Below are positions 45,162-56,023 of a stretch of 64,000 bases of DNA, in pieces. The translations under genes and the position numbers were made by a program. How positions within the stretch are numbered: position 1 is the first letter of the stretch; every line of letters begins with the position of its first letter. Under the pieces are notes generated by a model that saw nothing but the letters and a program-made list of their open reading frames with translations, had not been told where the DNA came from and did not search any database. The DNA is taken from contig JBGPQV010000003.1 of the NCBI GenBank assembly GCA_041489255.1, forward strand, positions 32,001 to 96,000, written 5' to 3'. The DNA comes from Thermoplasmata archaeon. Its GTDB lineage: Archaea > Thermoplasmatota > Thermoplasmata > RBG-16-68-12 > JAFNFQ01.

Positions 45162-47744
45162 CTAGCAGCAAGGCACATGCCAGTCCTGGTCATCGGACAG
45201 CAGGACCCAGTACGCCGAGCCGGGGCACATGTTGGTCGTCGCCCACTCTGAAATCTCAATCCTCCTCAAGTTGTATGAGGTTGCGCCGCCGTCATAGACC
45301 TCGATCGCGCGCAAGCCGGAGACCTGCGCGGCGAAGTCCGCGAAAGTGTACGTCTCGTTGAAGGAGGGGAAGCCGATCAAGTTCCAGCCCGCCCTCAGCT
45401 CGACCACGATGCTCTCCGGGACCAGCCCGGCGATTGTCATCGTACCGGGCGACGTCACCTGGACCCAGTATCCTCCCTTGATGTCAAGAGCTGCGAGGTC
45501 GTTGTATGGCCGGCCCGGCACGTGGCTCTTCCACGGGTCCTGCGTGTCGCCGGCGAAGAACGTGCGGACTGAGGCGAAGCTGATGGTCCTGAGGACGAGA
45601 GACGGGTCATTGTTCGCCTGGTCAAGAGGGAAGGAGAGGAGCTGGTCGGCTGCTTCCACCGCCCTCTGGAATTTGCCCGCCATTCCTGACGGCGCGCTGT
45701 CGAAGTACGAGTCGTTCGCCGTGACGTAGTAGAAGAAGTCCTGAGCGTTCGAGTGACCTGAACCGACATCCGTCCAGGAGTATGCCAGGCTCCTCGTCGC
45801 CGTGATGTTCGCGACAACGGTGAATGGCCCGCGGACGCTGCTCGACCTCCACACCCGGTAGAGTACGACATCGTTGGCGCCCTTTCCTTCGTCCGCGGAT
45901 GATTGCCATTTGACTGTGACGTGCTCGTAAGAAGCGCCCGTGAGCTCTGCGCTCAGCATGACCGGGGGCGAGGGCGGGCCCTCGTTCGGCCATGTGGTGA
46001 ACTGAAGGACCTCTCCGAAAACGTCCAGTTCGGTTCCCGCCCCTGCCCTGAACTCGTAGGTCGTGATGAGCTTCAAGCCTGAGATCGTGGCTTCGAAGGT
46101 GTCCGGGGAGTAGAGCTCCCCCGCCACCACCCGGTTCCAGCTTGTCGCGCCTTTTTCCCTCCATTCGAAGAAGGCGTTCGCGGAGGTGTAGTTGCCGAGG
46201 GTCTCGAGCCTTGCCGTCAATACTGCTCGCGTGCCGGTTGTCTGCGTCAAGCCGAGCGTCTTCACGAGGGGTGGAGTCGCGTTGAAACCGGGGAATCTCA
46301 TGTAGGAGATGTTGATGACCCAGCTGCTCTCGGGTCCCTGCTGGGATTCCCAGGCCATGTGTATGACGCCGTCCGCATTGAAAACAGTGGGATGCCATGT
46401 AGGCTCCACGATGTCCGTTACCCTCGAGGGTGTGCCCCAAGTCCGTCCGCCGTCATCGCTTGTCATCGAGAATAGTTCTAGGGGAGGCGTGCTCAGCGAA
46501 CTATGATTATCCCTTTCAGCAGATGAATCCACCCATGTCAGAAACAGACGATGGCCCAATGATACAACGTTGGGACTCCACGCCATGGCTCCGCATTTAT
46601 CCATGTCCCAAGCACCAAGGAGGCACTCAGGCTGACTCGGGTCATCCTTGTGATCAACCACTACTGAAAATGGGCTCCATGTAGTACCGAGGTCAGCTGA
46701 GGTGAAAGACAGTATTTGGAACCAAATGACGCTGTACCAGAATTCGCCTACGGTGAATGCCGTGAGATTGTCTCCCCGAACCGAGACGGTGGGAGTGCCG
46801 TAGAAGTCGTAGTATGTATCCGCGAACAGGAATGCGCCTTGGTCCACATTTCCATGTCCGTCATCCCATGTTTGGCCATTGTCAAGGCTCCTTTTGAAGA
46901 AATGGAGCCTTGGATCTCCACACCCGTAGAATAGGAAAAGACGCTGACGGTCTTCCGCCACAGACTCGATTCCACAGCTAAATGGTTCTTCCGGCGTACG
47001 GGCAAGTTCCTTCTTCTGCGTCCAAGTGGATCCTCTGTCCTCACTCCTGGAATAATAGATGCGGGATGCAAAGTATGGAAAGGTGGTATTGGATTCGGTC
47101 CAGAACATGTGAAGGAAGTCTCCGTTGGCCAAGATGTGAGGAGTAAATGAATCGTTGCGCGTGCCGACTATAGTTTCGTTCAGCCATGTCGATCCAGAAT
47201 CGAGAGAGCGTCTGAAGTAGATTCGCGACATGTTCACGGCGCCGTATAGATTCTGCTTCCATGCCACAGATATGGAAGAGCCACTCACAGCGATCGTCGG
47301 ACTCATCGCGTATCCGAATTCCCGGTCGATCGCATGGGGATTGAGGCGGAGAAACCTTGTCTGATTGTTCGCACGCCAAGTTTTGCCTCCGTCCGTGCTT
47401 CTCGTGTAGTAAATGCCCCAGTCCCTATTCCCAGGCGGGAAGACACTGTCGTTCTCCCAGTCCGTGAAGACCATGTGGACGTTGGATCCCTCTGACGCAA
47501 TCGCGGGCATCGCCGAAGTATTCACATCGGGCACATTGCTAGTGATTCTGAGAACCTCAGACCAACCTTGGGCAGGGAGCCATGAGAAGTGGGAGGGAAG
47601 GACATCATTGTCAGGCAATCCTGCCTCGGCATTCAGGTGATGCAGATTCACTTGAGCCAGAAGTGTCGCTGCCACCGCCAGTCCGCATGCTAGTCTGAGA
47701 TACTTTCTGTCCCCCGACGGTAGTAGGCGTCTTCCCCGCGTCAC
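45162..47744 (-). CDS. Secreted BNR/Asp-box (sialidase-like) beta-propeller plus FN3 and C-terminal GWNxxGFPS domain
   Basis: Six S.D.G.TW Asp-boxes (STDGGKTW, SLDSGSTW, SEDRGSTW, SLDNGQTW, SADLGTTW, SDDGGRTW); FN3-like domains. Confidence 0.88.
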   Translation of the reverse strand: MTRGRRLLPSGDRKYLRLACGLAVAATLLAQVNLHHLNAEAGLPDNDVLPSHFSWLPAQGWSEVLRITSNVPDVNTSAMPAIASEGSNVHMVFTDWENDSVFPPGNRDWGIYYTRSTDGGKTWRANNQTRFLRLNPHAIDREFGYAMSPTIAVSGSSISVAWKQNLYGAVNMSRIYFRRSLDSGSTWLNETIVGTRNDSFTPHILANGDFLHMFWTESNTTFPYFASRIYYSRSEDRGSTWTQKKELARTPEEPFSCGIESVAEDRQRLFLFYGCGDPRLHFFKRSLDNGQTWDDGHGNVDQGAFLFADTYYDFYGTPTVSVRGDNLTAFTVGEFWYSVIWFQILSFTSADLGTTWSPFSVVVDHKDDPSQPECLLGAWDMDKCGAMAWSPNVVSLGHRLFLTWVDSSAERDNHSSLSTPPLELFSMTSDDGGRTWGTPSRVTDIVEPTWHPTVFNADGVIHMAWESQQGPESSWVINISYMRFPGFNATPPLVKTLGLTQTTGTRAVLTARLETLGNYTSANAFFEWREKGATSWNRVVAGELYSPDTFEATISGLKLITTYEFRAGAGTELDVFGEVLQFTTWPNEGPPSPPVMLSAELTGASYEHVTVKWQSSADEGKGANDVVLYRVWRSSSVRGPFTVVANITATRSLAYSWTDVGSGHSNAQDFFYYVTANDSYFDSAPSGMAGKFQRAVEAADQLLSFPLDQANNDPSLVLRTISFASVRTFFAGDTQDPWKSHVPGRPYNDLAALDIKGGYWVQVTSPGTMTIAGLVPESIVVELRAGWNLIGFPSFNETYTFADFAAQVSGLRAIEVYDGGATSYNLRRIEISEWATTNMCPGSAYWVLLSDDQDWHVPCC

Positions 47745-47811
47745 AAGGTTCCCTTACCTTGGTACATAAGTTCCAGACTACCTGTATTTTTCGGCTCTCC
47801 TTTATAAATCC

Positions 47812-50800
47812 CTATGGGAAATCATGGGGTATCCAGGTATTGCCTCCTATCTGGACTATCTCTTGCCAAGGATCGTGACCGGGTATGCTCGCGCCTATCG
47901 TTTGATGATAATACTCACGCACACTGTATCGTGTCTGATATTCTGTTACCCAACCGCTAATGTCGCCATTCGCGTTTGTTGAGCCTTGAATCTCGTAGAC
48001 ACCAAGTTCCACGCAATAACTGTACGCACTTGCGCCTTGATACGGTCTGCCTGCATGGGTGATATGAAGGGTGAGCCACCATTGTTGCCACACTTTTCTG
48101 GGTTCGTTCCCCGAGAGGTCGTTATCGTTTAACAAAGTTCCCGAGTTCGTTGCTTCATCTCCTCTCATGTGTATTGCCCAACCAGCATTTGCACTGAATG
48201 TGTTCGAGTCCAAGCCTGAACCGCCGATGATCGGCGTGGCGTAGTCAGATAGCAGGCCATCTCCGATGTTGTCCGTGATTGAATTACCCTCGATCGTAGG
48301 CGACCCGGTGTAGATGTAGATTCCAGCCTGAGCGTTGCCCTCGATGTGGTTTCCTTGAATCGTCGGTGAGCCGCTGTTGACATACACGCCAATGTTGTTC
48401 CCTGTCAGTTGAGTCCCGAAATGATTCGAGGGTCCTACGACAATCGATGTGCCTTCCAGGAATATCCCGTATTGGCTGCTTGAAACGATGGTATTTCCTT
48501 GGATCTGAGTATTCACTCCGGCCGATGGCGCAACATGTATGCCGACGCTGTTGCTGTGGATTTGGCTGTTATCAAGAATCGTGGGCCGCGCATCTCCCGA
48601 AATTTCTATGCCATAGGGACAATTCAAGATTTCATTCTCAGGACCCACTGTGGTTGAGGATGATTTGTCGATTCTGACGCCCGCACTGATTCCCCAGGCA
48701 ATCATCCATCCAGCGCTGATCTCGTTATTGCTGATAATGGAGGATGAATGATCATACTCCCATATGCCGAATCTGGCACCACCGAGATCATTTCCCATCC
48801 AAGTCTCGGCACCACCGATTGTCGGTGAGGAGAATATGGTCTGTATGTCGATGTAGTCCCAGTAACAATTATCTGATAGGTCGTTCGCCTGGATGACCGG
48901 GAAAGTCGGCAATGCTTGATTCACCGCAATGGAGGCATATCTAGCGCAGATTGTATTTCCAGCGTTCTGACTTCCGATGGTTGAGTGGTCATTTATCGCT
49001 GCGAATATGCCGTAGCTCGGGCCAATCCACCAATTATTGATCAATTGGTTCCTTACGATTGTCGCGGCAGGTCCTCCCGTGAGTGTGCCGTGGAGAAGTA
49101 TGTCAATCAAACGATGATGTCCCACATAATTATCCTCGATCAGGGGACTTGAGGCGCCATATGCGAAGATTCCATAATCTTGTCGTACCGACAACCGGTA
49201 AAGCCAACCTATCTGCTCCCATACGACCTTACCTTCTATCGTATTCAGGGCGATATGCGGCGATGCGTCTTGGAGATACACCCCGGCGCCTATCCAGAAA
49301 CCGTGCCCAAGGCCATTCCCTGTGATTAGCTGCGCGTCTACTTGAGTGCCCACAATCTCGGCTGAGCATTCCTTGACGTTGATGCCATAGCGCAAGTTGT
49401 CGGCTATCGTATTGTCCGTGATGATTGGGACACTACCGGGATATCCTGGCACCAGACCGTATAGGTACACACCAATGTCGTTCGAATCTATAATGTTCAA
49501 GAGAATCTCAGGCGCAGCGAAGCTGCTATGGATACCTGACTGCACATTGGAATGGATACCGTTGGATGATATCTCTGGAGTGGTAGGGGGCGAACCTCCT
49601 CCTTTCACGACAATCCCAAACTTGTTTTGTTCAACTGTGTTGCCATCAACAACCGCCGCCGAATTCGATATCTGGATCCCGTTCTCTTCATTGAGGCGGA
49701 CCAAGTTTCCGGCAATGCCAGCTTCGACCTTCGTCGTGCTCAGGCTACAGTGTGGCGGCCCATCTAGGTAGTATCCATTGACCATGATTCCCCAAGTATT
49801 CTCGTGGACATCATTGTTATTCGTCATTCGGGGACCGGAGTTCATGCTTCTGATGCCGAAGTCATTGTCGTGAATATCGTTCCCATCAATCAGCGGGGTG
49901 GCTCCAATCACGCAACCCTGACCTTGTTGTTCCCCCCGGTCGTCCCAATCGTCTACAACCTGAATCCCGATAGCGGTGCCAGCTAGATTGGTGTTGGCAT
50001 ACACCGGGTTGTTTCTAACAACGGGCTTGTCGATCGTAGTTCCGCTCCAAGAATATCTAGATCGAACCCTGATTCCCACCTCGGAATTCTGTCTGATGGT
50101 GTTTCCTTCAGCGGTGACTGACGGGGAGAACCTGATGTCTATGCCAATCGGATTTGAGTAGACATCATTGCCGGCGATGCTTGATGGCGCGGAATGCACT
50201 CCGAAAGCATAGATGCCAAAGACTAGCGAATCATGCACATCGTTTCCCTCAATGATGTAGTACTGACCATAGTCAAAACAGATGCCACACCAATAGCCAC
50301 TGACATCGTTGTCCTTGATTCGCGAAAATGGGAGTTCCGCGTACACGTAGATTCCATATGAATACGTCGCTGGCGATGACGGCGCGGTTATCGTGTTGAG
50401 AGCGACATAATAGCTAGGATCAGATGTGTATGAGAATATCGACGCAACCCCGCCAAATACATTGTTACGAATGCTATTCTGCTGGATGGCCGGGGAACTC
50501 TCGAACCCTGTGACTCCGAATTCCTGATTACCGCTGACACCTCCGGAAGCTCCAGTCCAGAGATTCTCTGTCACAGTCGGAGCGGACTGATATGCGTATA
50601 TCCCCGACTTCTGGTTCCCCTCAATCCAGGAACCTTTCACCAAAGGCCCGTTCGAAATGGTAAATGGATTCGCAGTTGGGTTTGCGCCAGACAGCCCGAA
50701 GAATATTTCATTCGTTGTGGCAGGCAGGGAATCTATTTTGAGTGTGTAGGTAGCCCAGAGACTCGAATCCTGATAATAAGTGGCCCCCGGTGATGTGGCG

Positions 50801-52140
50801 CTGTCCTCATATCCGGTGGGATTGTTCTGCGTCTGGATTTTCCACCACCAGTTATGACTACCCCCAGGCTCGCTGGTGTACCTTATCCACCAACCCTGGT
50901 CATCACACCATGCCCAGAATGCCAAGATTGCCGTGTTTACATCAGGTTGACCATAGCAGGATCTCGTTGCTCCGGTGTACCTCACTTCAACACCATTCTG
51001 CGAATTCGCATAGATATGCGAATTCCTTATGTGACCATATGAGGTTTCGAGGTAGACCCCATGAACCGCATTCGAATACACATCCGTGTCGGACATCTCC
51101 ACTCGGCTGCCACTATAGGCTATCAGTCCAGATGAACCGCTATTCCTTATGATGGAATCATAAGAGTAAGAAAGATGGCTGTACTTCTGGAAAACCGCAA
51201 GACCACCCGAGTTGACAATCACCCCGGTACTCATTCCTTCTACGATGCTGCCTGTGACCTCAAGATAACCGGAATTGGAGAAGGAGTAATAGGGTGGGAT
51301 TTCCTCATATCGTTGGACAGTTGACCATCCGCCGTCATGAGCTTTGACATACAGGGCGCCTCCGGACCAAATCTCGACCCCAGTGCCAGAAGTACCCGGA
51401 TCTAATTTCAGAAAGCTGTGCTCAAGAGTCAAGCTTCCCGTTCCCTGGATTTGGACGAGACCGCTGACCGGTATGTCCTTATGCAGACAGTACTGCGCAT
51501 CCGTTATGATCCATGGTTGGCCCCAGGGCGGCCAATTGCACTTTTGCTTGCCAAGGATGGACGAACCCCCCCTTCTTTGATTCGGGACGTTCTTCGGATC
51601 TTGATCGGGTGGCAGAGACAGTCCACCTCCGCCTGGGCTCCTCGGTCCATCTCCAAGTCCGAGCATGCCGTCCCCGCCTGGAGGTTCGATTGGATTCATG
51701 GCATCAGGCATAGCAGTCTGTATCAGGGCAACATTCATCTGGAGACTGTTTCCGATTTGCGGGACAACAAACGCAGTGACATTCCAATCTGAGCCTCCGG
51801 TGGCGTTCAAGTCAAGAACATCGATCGTTATCATGTCGCCCCTTAGATAGCCGAGGCTGAAGTTTGCCAGATTCTCCATGTAACTGCCACCGTCAGCAGA
51901 TCCATACAACGTCTCGTTGGTTCGTTCATTGAGCAAGGTGAGGGCCGCGTACTGTGGCGGATTGTATGGGGATTTCGTCACATCTCCATAAACCCAGAAA
52001 TCGTCGAAGCCGAAGTCCCCGACCGCTTTTCCATTCTGTGTTGACAAGCTTAGGCCCGAGCATACAGTCATCGTCAACACAACACACACGCCTACCACTT
52101 TCAAGTCTACACCTCTCACGACATCAATCTCCTGCCTCAT
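47812..52140 (-). CDS. Large secreted right-handed parallel beta-helix (NosD/PbH1) protein
   Basis: Signal peptide; many I..N.I..N...GI repeats; more AT-rich codon usage than core genes. Confidence 0.87.
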   Translation of the reverse strand: MRQEIDVVRGVDLKVVGVCVVLTMTVCSGLSLSTQNGKAVGDFGFDDFWVYGDVTKSPYNPPQYAALTLLNERTNETLYGSADGGSYMENLANFSLGYLRGDMITIDVLDLNATGGSDWNVTAFVVPQIGNSLQMNVALIQTAMPDAMNPIEPPGGDGMLGLGDGPRSPGGGGLSLPPDQDPKNVPNQRRGGSSILGKQKCNWPPWGQPWIITDAQYCLHKDIPVSGLVQIQGTGSLTLEHSFLKLDPGTSGTGVEIWSGGALYVKAHDGGWSTVQRYEEIPPYYSFSNSGYLEVTGSIVEGMSTGVIVNSGGLAVFQKYSHLSYSYDSIIRNSGSSGLIAYSGSRVEMSDTDVYSNAVHGVYLETSYGHIRNSHIYANSQNGVEVRYTGATRSCYGQPDVNTAILAFWAWCDDQGWWIRYTSEPGGSHNWWWKIQTQNNPTGYEDSATSPGATYYQDSSLWATYTLKIDSLPATTNEIFFGLSGANPTANPFTISNGPLVKGSWIEGNQKSGIYAYQSAPTVTENLWTGASGGVSGNQEFGVTGFESSPAIQQNSIRNNVFGGVASIFSYTSDPSYYVALNTITAPSSPATYSYGIYVYAELPFSRIKDNDVSGYWCGICFDYGQYYIIEGNDVHDSLVFGIYAFGVHSAPSSIAGNDVYSNPIGIDIRFSPSVTAEGNTIRQNSEVGIRVRSRYSWSGTTIDKPVVRNNPVYANTNLAGTAIGIQVVDDWDDRGEQQGQGCVIGATPLIDGNDIHDNDFGIRSMNSGPRMTNNNDVHENTWGIMVNGYYLDGPPHCSLSTTKVEAGIAGNLVRLNEENGIQISNSAAVVDGNTVEQNKFGIVVKGGGSPPTTPEISSNGIHSNVQSGIHSSFAAPEILLNIIDSNDIGVYLYGLVPGYPGSVPIITDNTIADNLRYGINVKECSAEIVGTQVDAQLITGNGLGHGFWIGAGVYLQDASPHIALNTIEGKVVWEQIGWLYRLSVRQDYGIFAYGASSPLIEDNYVGHHRLIDILLHGTLTGGPAATIVRNQLINNWWIGPSYGIFAAINDHSTIGSQNAGNTICARYASIAVNQALPTFPVIQANDLSDNCYWDYIDIQTIFSSPTIGGAETWMGNDLGGARFGIWEYDHSSSIISNNEISAGWMIAWGISAGVRIDKSSSTTVGPENEILNCPYGIEISGDARPTILDNSQIHSNSVGIHVAPSAGVNTQIQGNTIVSSSQYGIFLEGTSIVVGPSNHFGTQLTGNNIGVYVNSGSPTIQGNHIEGNAQAGIYIYTGSPTIEGNSITDNIGDGLLSDYATPIIGGSGLDSNTFSANAGWAIHMRGDEATNSGTLLNDNDLSGNEPRKVWQQWWLTLHITHAGRPYQGASAYSYCVELGVYEIQGSTNANGDISGWVTEYQTRYSVREYYHQTIGASIPGHDPWQEIVQIGGNTWIPHDFP

Positions 52141-52460
52141 CCTGTCGACATGACGTGTCGATCAGCAACAAGCGATAAGACACTGGAAGACTCAAACAAG
52201 AAGCTTGACCAGCCTGCTTTATTCAGGTTGGCCACTTTTTGGCCATACTACGCGACCTCACGGTTTTTTCAGGGAATCACCGAAGCGAACCTAGCTCCAG
52301 ATAACCGTCAGGATGACTTCAGCTCTCCAATGTCCAAACAGCGAAAAGGATCATTAGCATCATGAATCTCGTGAGAGCGCATCGTGGCCTGATGTTCTTA
52401 TTGGACGAGGTGGATATATCCACCGCACCCTCTAATATGACCGAATCGCACAGATGGGCA

Positions 52461-52838
52461 ATGTCCCACACCGGCAGGGACGCACCCCTCATCGCAATGC
52501 CGCGCCCGCTCGCAAGGAGCACTCTGGAAACGCTCGCTTTCTTCAGATACCACCATGAAGGTCGATGTGAGGATGTGGCACGAGTCACAGGGCTCTCCCA
52601 CAGGACGGCGAGAAGGAGATTGTGCCAGCTTGTCGAAATCGGAGTGTTGGATGCGGTATGGACAAAGACCTTTCCGAGCATGCGCAGGTTTCGACTGTTG
52701 GAGAATCATATTGACCTAGCACGCTCCGCCTCCACCTTGCTAGAAGAACCGCGAGGCATGGAATCACTCACCATCGGAATTGCCCCCATTGCTGAGAGGC
52801 GCGGCAAGGTGAGACGCGTGTCGGCAAAATCCAGGTAA
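52461..52838 (+). CDS. Winged-HTH transcriptional regulator
   Basis: EDVARVTGLSHRTARRRLCQLVEIGVL...RRFRL wHTH pattern; start uncertain (52362, 52461 or 52497). Confidence 0.65.
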   Translation: MSHTGRDAPLIAMPRPLARSTLETLAFFRYHHEGRCEDVARVTGLSHRTARRRLCQLVEIGVLDAVWTKTFPSMRRFRLLENHIDLARSASTLLEEPRGMESLTIGIAPIAERRGKVRRVSAKSR

Positions 52839-53023
52839 AGGGAATCACTCCCCGAAGAAGCGGATCGATGATCAAGGATTTAGACTCCTGAGTAAGCATG
52901 TTAGCTTCGTCGCCTGAGTATCGAAAGCATCAAACACCAGAAGGAAAAAGGGTACCGGAAACGCGTGGATGTCGCCCAGTACCCCGGGCATTTCTCCAAA
53001 CAAGGCCTGCCTCGGCTTGCCGC

Positions 53024-53386
53024 TCACCGGCTCATCACCGCAACACCGTGCAGCCCCCAGCTTTCAAGGTTCGACAGGGCGCGCCACTTCAGCGGCCATG
53101 GCACGCACACCCTCGTCTCCCCCTGTTCGAGGGCCGCGCGGATCCTGTCCCTCGTCTCGGCGGAGTCCACGTCGCGCTCCAGGAGGACCAGCACCCTCAC
53201 TGCGTGAGAGAACTTGGTGGCGAGGATGTCGTGCAGCCTGGCTCCCCCCTCCAATAGAGGCTCGGATACCCATGACACCGAGAAGCTCTCCTCCTCCAGG
53301 AGGTCGCTGCAGCGGTCGAGGGCTTCCTGTAGGTCGTCCTCCATAACACTTATTGCCTTCCGCGAGAGGCTCTGCATGGCTTGCAT
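53024..53386 (-). CDS. Hypothetical protein, apparent degenerate paralogue of 56478-56837
   Basis: HDIL...V.V....D.DSAETRDRI.......RVCVP.....A......G aligns with PDIM...EVET...ETREQL...HVTIP...A...RG. Confidence 0.55.
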   Translation of the reverse strand: MQAMQSLSRKAISVMEDDLQEALDRCSDLLEEESFSVSWVSEPLLEGGARLHDILATKFSHAVRVLVLLERDVDSAETRDRIRAALEQGETRVCVPWPLKWRALSNLESWGLHGVAVMSR

Positions 53387-53408
53387 GCTACCTACGTTCC
53401 CTTCGTGA

Positions 53409-53416
53409 CATTTAAG
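53409..53416. promoter_or_regulatory. Candidate bidirectional TATA box between divergent leaderless genes
   Basis: CATTTAAG / CTTAAATG lies about 23-25 nt from both ATG 53441 (+) and ATG 53386 (-). Confidence 0.5.
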
Positions 53417-53440
53417 CCTCACGTGGAACTATCCACTTCG

Positions 53441-56023
53441 ATGGCCCTTCGCGTGAACCTGCCGGAGCGGTGCCTGCTCTACCTCCTCGACCGGGCCGGC
53501 GCGAGGGGGGACGATTCGGACGCGGAGAAGCTCGCGCAGGCTTCAATCGCGGAGGCCCTCCACGCCAGGCAGGCGCACGTCTCCAGGGCGATGCGGCGGG
53601 TCTGCGCCAGGGGATGTGCGAAGATTGTGAAGATCCACGTCCGCGGCAGGGGCAAGCGGAGGCTCGCGTACATGCTGACGAGCAAGGGCCTGCGCGAAGC
53701 CAAGGAGCAGCGCCAGCGCCTCGAGGACGCCATCGTGAATGTCATCGACCTAGAGGGGAGCGAGAAGGAAATCCGTCTTCGCGAGGTGTACGCGCTCCTG
53801 CCACGGCGCCCGAGGATCTCCGACCTGATAACAAACCTTGAGGATGGACGCCTGGACCTGCGACGCTTCGTCGCCTGGCAGGGGCGGATGTACGGGGGGA
53901 AGGTCTACGACGTGCGCGAGGCGATCACCGTCCCGCACTTCACCGGTCGGGCGGAGGCTGTCTCCCGCCTCGACGAGTTCATGGGCGAACCGAAGGCGCG
54001 CGGTTTCCTGCTCGTCGGCCTCCCGGGAGTCGGGAAGACCGCGGTCGCGTCAAAATGGGTCGACAGTCTCAGAGGGCGGGTGCATGTCTTCTGGCGGAAC
54101 GTCCGCAGGGACATGGAGGCGCGCGACATGCTTTCCGATCTCGCGGACATGCTGCAGTCCGTCGGCCGACCTGCCTTGTCCGAATACCTCGGCCGTCCTT
54201 CGGAAGATGGCCGGGACTTCTCCCTGGATCTACTCAAGCGAGACCTCACCGGGCTTCGCGTCCTGCTGGTCCTCGACAACGCCCACCTGGGGCGGGAGGG
54301 CGTCGCCGGACTGGTGACCGGAATCCTCAATCTCGAGCCCGCGCCGGACAGCCCGAAGGTGCTCCTCCTTGCCCGGGAGAGGGTGCCATTCTGCACGGCC
54401 GAGGACAAGGCGCTGGGGAGGGTGCGCGAGTTGGAACTGACGGACTTGCCGCACTCCGAGGCGAGCGCGATGCTGAAGGCGATGGGTGTCAGCGATGACC
54501 GCCGTGATGTCATCCTGGAAAGATGCGGCGGGAACCCGCTCTCCCTCGAGCTGGCGGCTAGCGGCGCCATGCCCCTGGAGGCCATCAAGCGCACCTCTGC
54601 CGATCGGCTCATGCAGGACGTGCTATCCAGGCTCTCTCCCGAGGTTCGCGACACGCTCGCGTTCGCTGCGATGTTCGAGGGAGCGGTGCCCCTGGACCTG
54701 CTTGGCGGGCATGCCTCGGAACTCCTCAGGCTCTGCGTTCTCCGTGAAGAGGAGAGTGGCGTGGGGAGCATGCACGACATCGTGCGAGAGGCCGCGCTCC
54801 GCGACATACCGCCTGACCGACTCATCAAACTCCATGTGAGCGCGGGCGACTTCTACGCGCGTAGTCATGACCCCGGCGACATCCTGAGGGCTGTCAGGCA
54901 TTTCGTGGCCAGTGCGGCGGACGAGGAAGCCCAGGAGCTCGTTGCCGACCGAGGACAGGACATCATAGACGCGGGGCTGGCGGGGAGCCTGCTCTCGCTC
55001 CTCGACCGGCTCGCCTGGACAGCGAGGGACAGCAGGCTGGGCAACAGGGTCACGCTCCTGCACGGCAACGCGCTCTTCGCCCTGGGCCGGTGGGTCGAGG
55101 CCGCCCGCGAGTACGAGAAGTGCTCTTCGGCAAGCGACCCTTCTATGGCGGCTGAAGCGATGCTCGGACGGGGGAAGGCCGAGGTGCAGCGCCGCTCCCC
55201 CTTGGCCCTCCAGCACCTGACGGCCGCTCAGGAGCAGCTTGAGAGGATGGGCTCCCTGCGGCTACTCGCAGAGGCCCAGTACTGGATCGGTGGCGTCCAT
55301 GAGGACGCGGGACGGCTGGACGAGGCGCGGGACGCCTTCGAGAAGGGGCGGGCCATCGCATTCAGCATGGGAGACAGGCGATGGGAGGGGCTGTGCAGGT
55401 ATGGCATAGCGCGCGTTCACCATCTTCAGACTGACGAAGCAAAGGCAGCCGAGGAAGCGATGGAAGCCCTTCGACTGCTTGAACGCGAGGGTTACCGCCT
55501 CGATATTGCGAAAGTCTGCGCAGCCCTCGGCGGTGCCCTGATGGCACTGGGTCGGAAGGATGAGGCCGATTCCTTCATCGTCAGGGCTGTCAATGAGGCG
55601 AGGGCCACTGGCGCCGTCGGCGTGTTGGCGTCGAGTCTGTACAATCTTGCGAGCCTGAAGCAGGTGACGGACAGAATGGAAGAAGCAGTCCCACTTCTGG
55701 AGGAAGCTTTGGGGCTCTTCGAACAACTAGAGAAGTATGACGAAGCCGCATGGTGTGCGGCTTGGATTGCTTCGGAGGACTGGTTGGCCGGACGTGTGGA
55801 ACGAGGAGACTTATACGCGTCTCACGCGAATCAGTTGATCTCACGAACGACCGAGCCAACTCTACGCGTTCGAGCACTTCGAAACTTTGCCCGCGCCGCC
55901 ATGAGAGCCGGCCGCAAAGGCGATGCGAGTCTACACCTGAAGCAAGCTATCGCGGAAGCGCGAGCTGCGGGGCTAGAGAAGTCGTCGGCCGATCCTGCAA
56001 ATGAGCGGGAGAGTATCGGCTAG
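53441..56023 (+). CDS. wHTH-STAND (NB-ARC-like) NTPase-TPR protein, 860 aa
   Basis: N-terminal wHTH (QASIAEAL...AHVSRAM...Y.LT.KG); HFTGR, Walker A GLPGVGKT, Walker B LLVLDNAH, GGNPLSLEL (GxP), MHDIVRE (MHD); TPR-like C-terminus. Confidence 0.9.
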   Translation: MALRVNLPERCLLYLLDRAGARGDDSDAEKLAQASIAEALHARQAHVSRAMRRVCARGCAKIVKIHVRGRGKRRLAYMLTSKGLREAKEQRQRLEDAIVNVIDLEGSEKEIRLREVYALLPRRPRISDLITNLEDGRLDLRRFVAWQGRMYGGKVYDVREAITVPHFTGRAEAVSRLDEFMGEPKARGFLLVGLPGVGKTAVASKWVDSLRGRVHVFWRNVRRDMEARDMLSDLADMLQSVGRPALSEYLGRPSEDGRDFSLDLLKRDLTGLRVLLVLDNAHLGREGVAGLVTGILNLEPAPDSPKVLLLARERVPFCTAEDKALGRVRELELTDLPHSEASAMLKAMGVSDDRRDVILERCGGNPLSLELAASGAMPLEAIKRTSADRLMQDVLSRLSPEVRDTLAFAAMFEGAVPLDLLGGHASELLRLCVLREEESGVGSMHDIVREAALRDIPPDRLIKLHVSAGDFYARSHDPGDILRAVRHFVASAADEEAQELVADRGQDIIDAGLAGSLLSLLDRLAWTARDSRLGNRVTLLHGNALFALGRWVEAAREYEKCSSASDPSMAAEAMLGRGKAEVQRRSPLALQHLTAAQEQLERMGSLRLLAEAQYWIGGVHEDAGRLDEARDAFEKGRAIAFSMGDRRWEGLCRYGIARVHHLQTDEAKAAEEAMEALRLLEREGYRLDIAKVCAALGGALMALGRKDEADSFIVRAVNEARATGAVGVLASSLYNLASLKQVTDRMEEAVPLLEEALGLFEQLEKYDEAAWCAAWIASEDWLAGRVERGDLYASHANQLISRTTEPTLRVRALRNFARAAMRAGRKGDASLHLKQAIAEARAAGLEKSSADPANERESIG

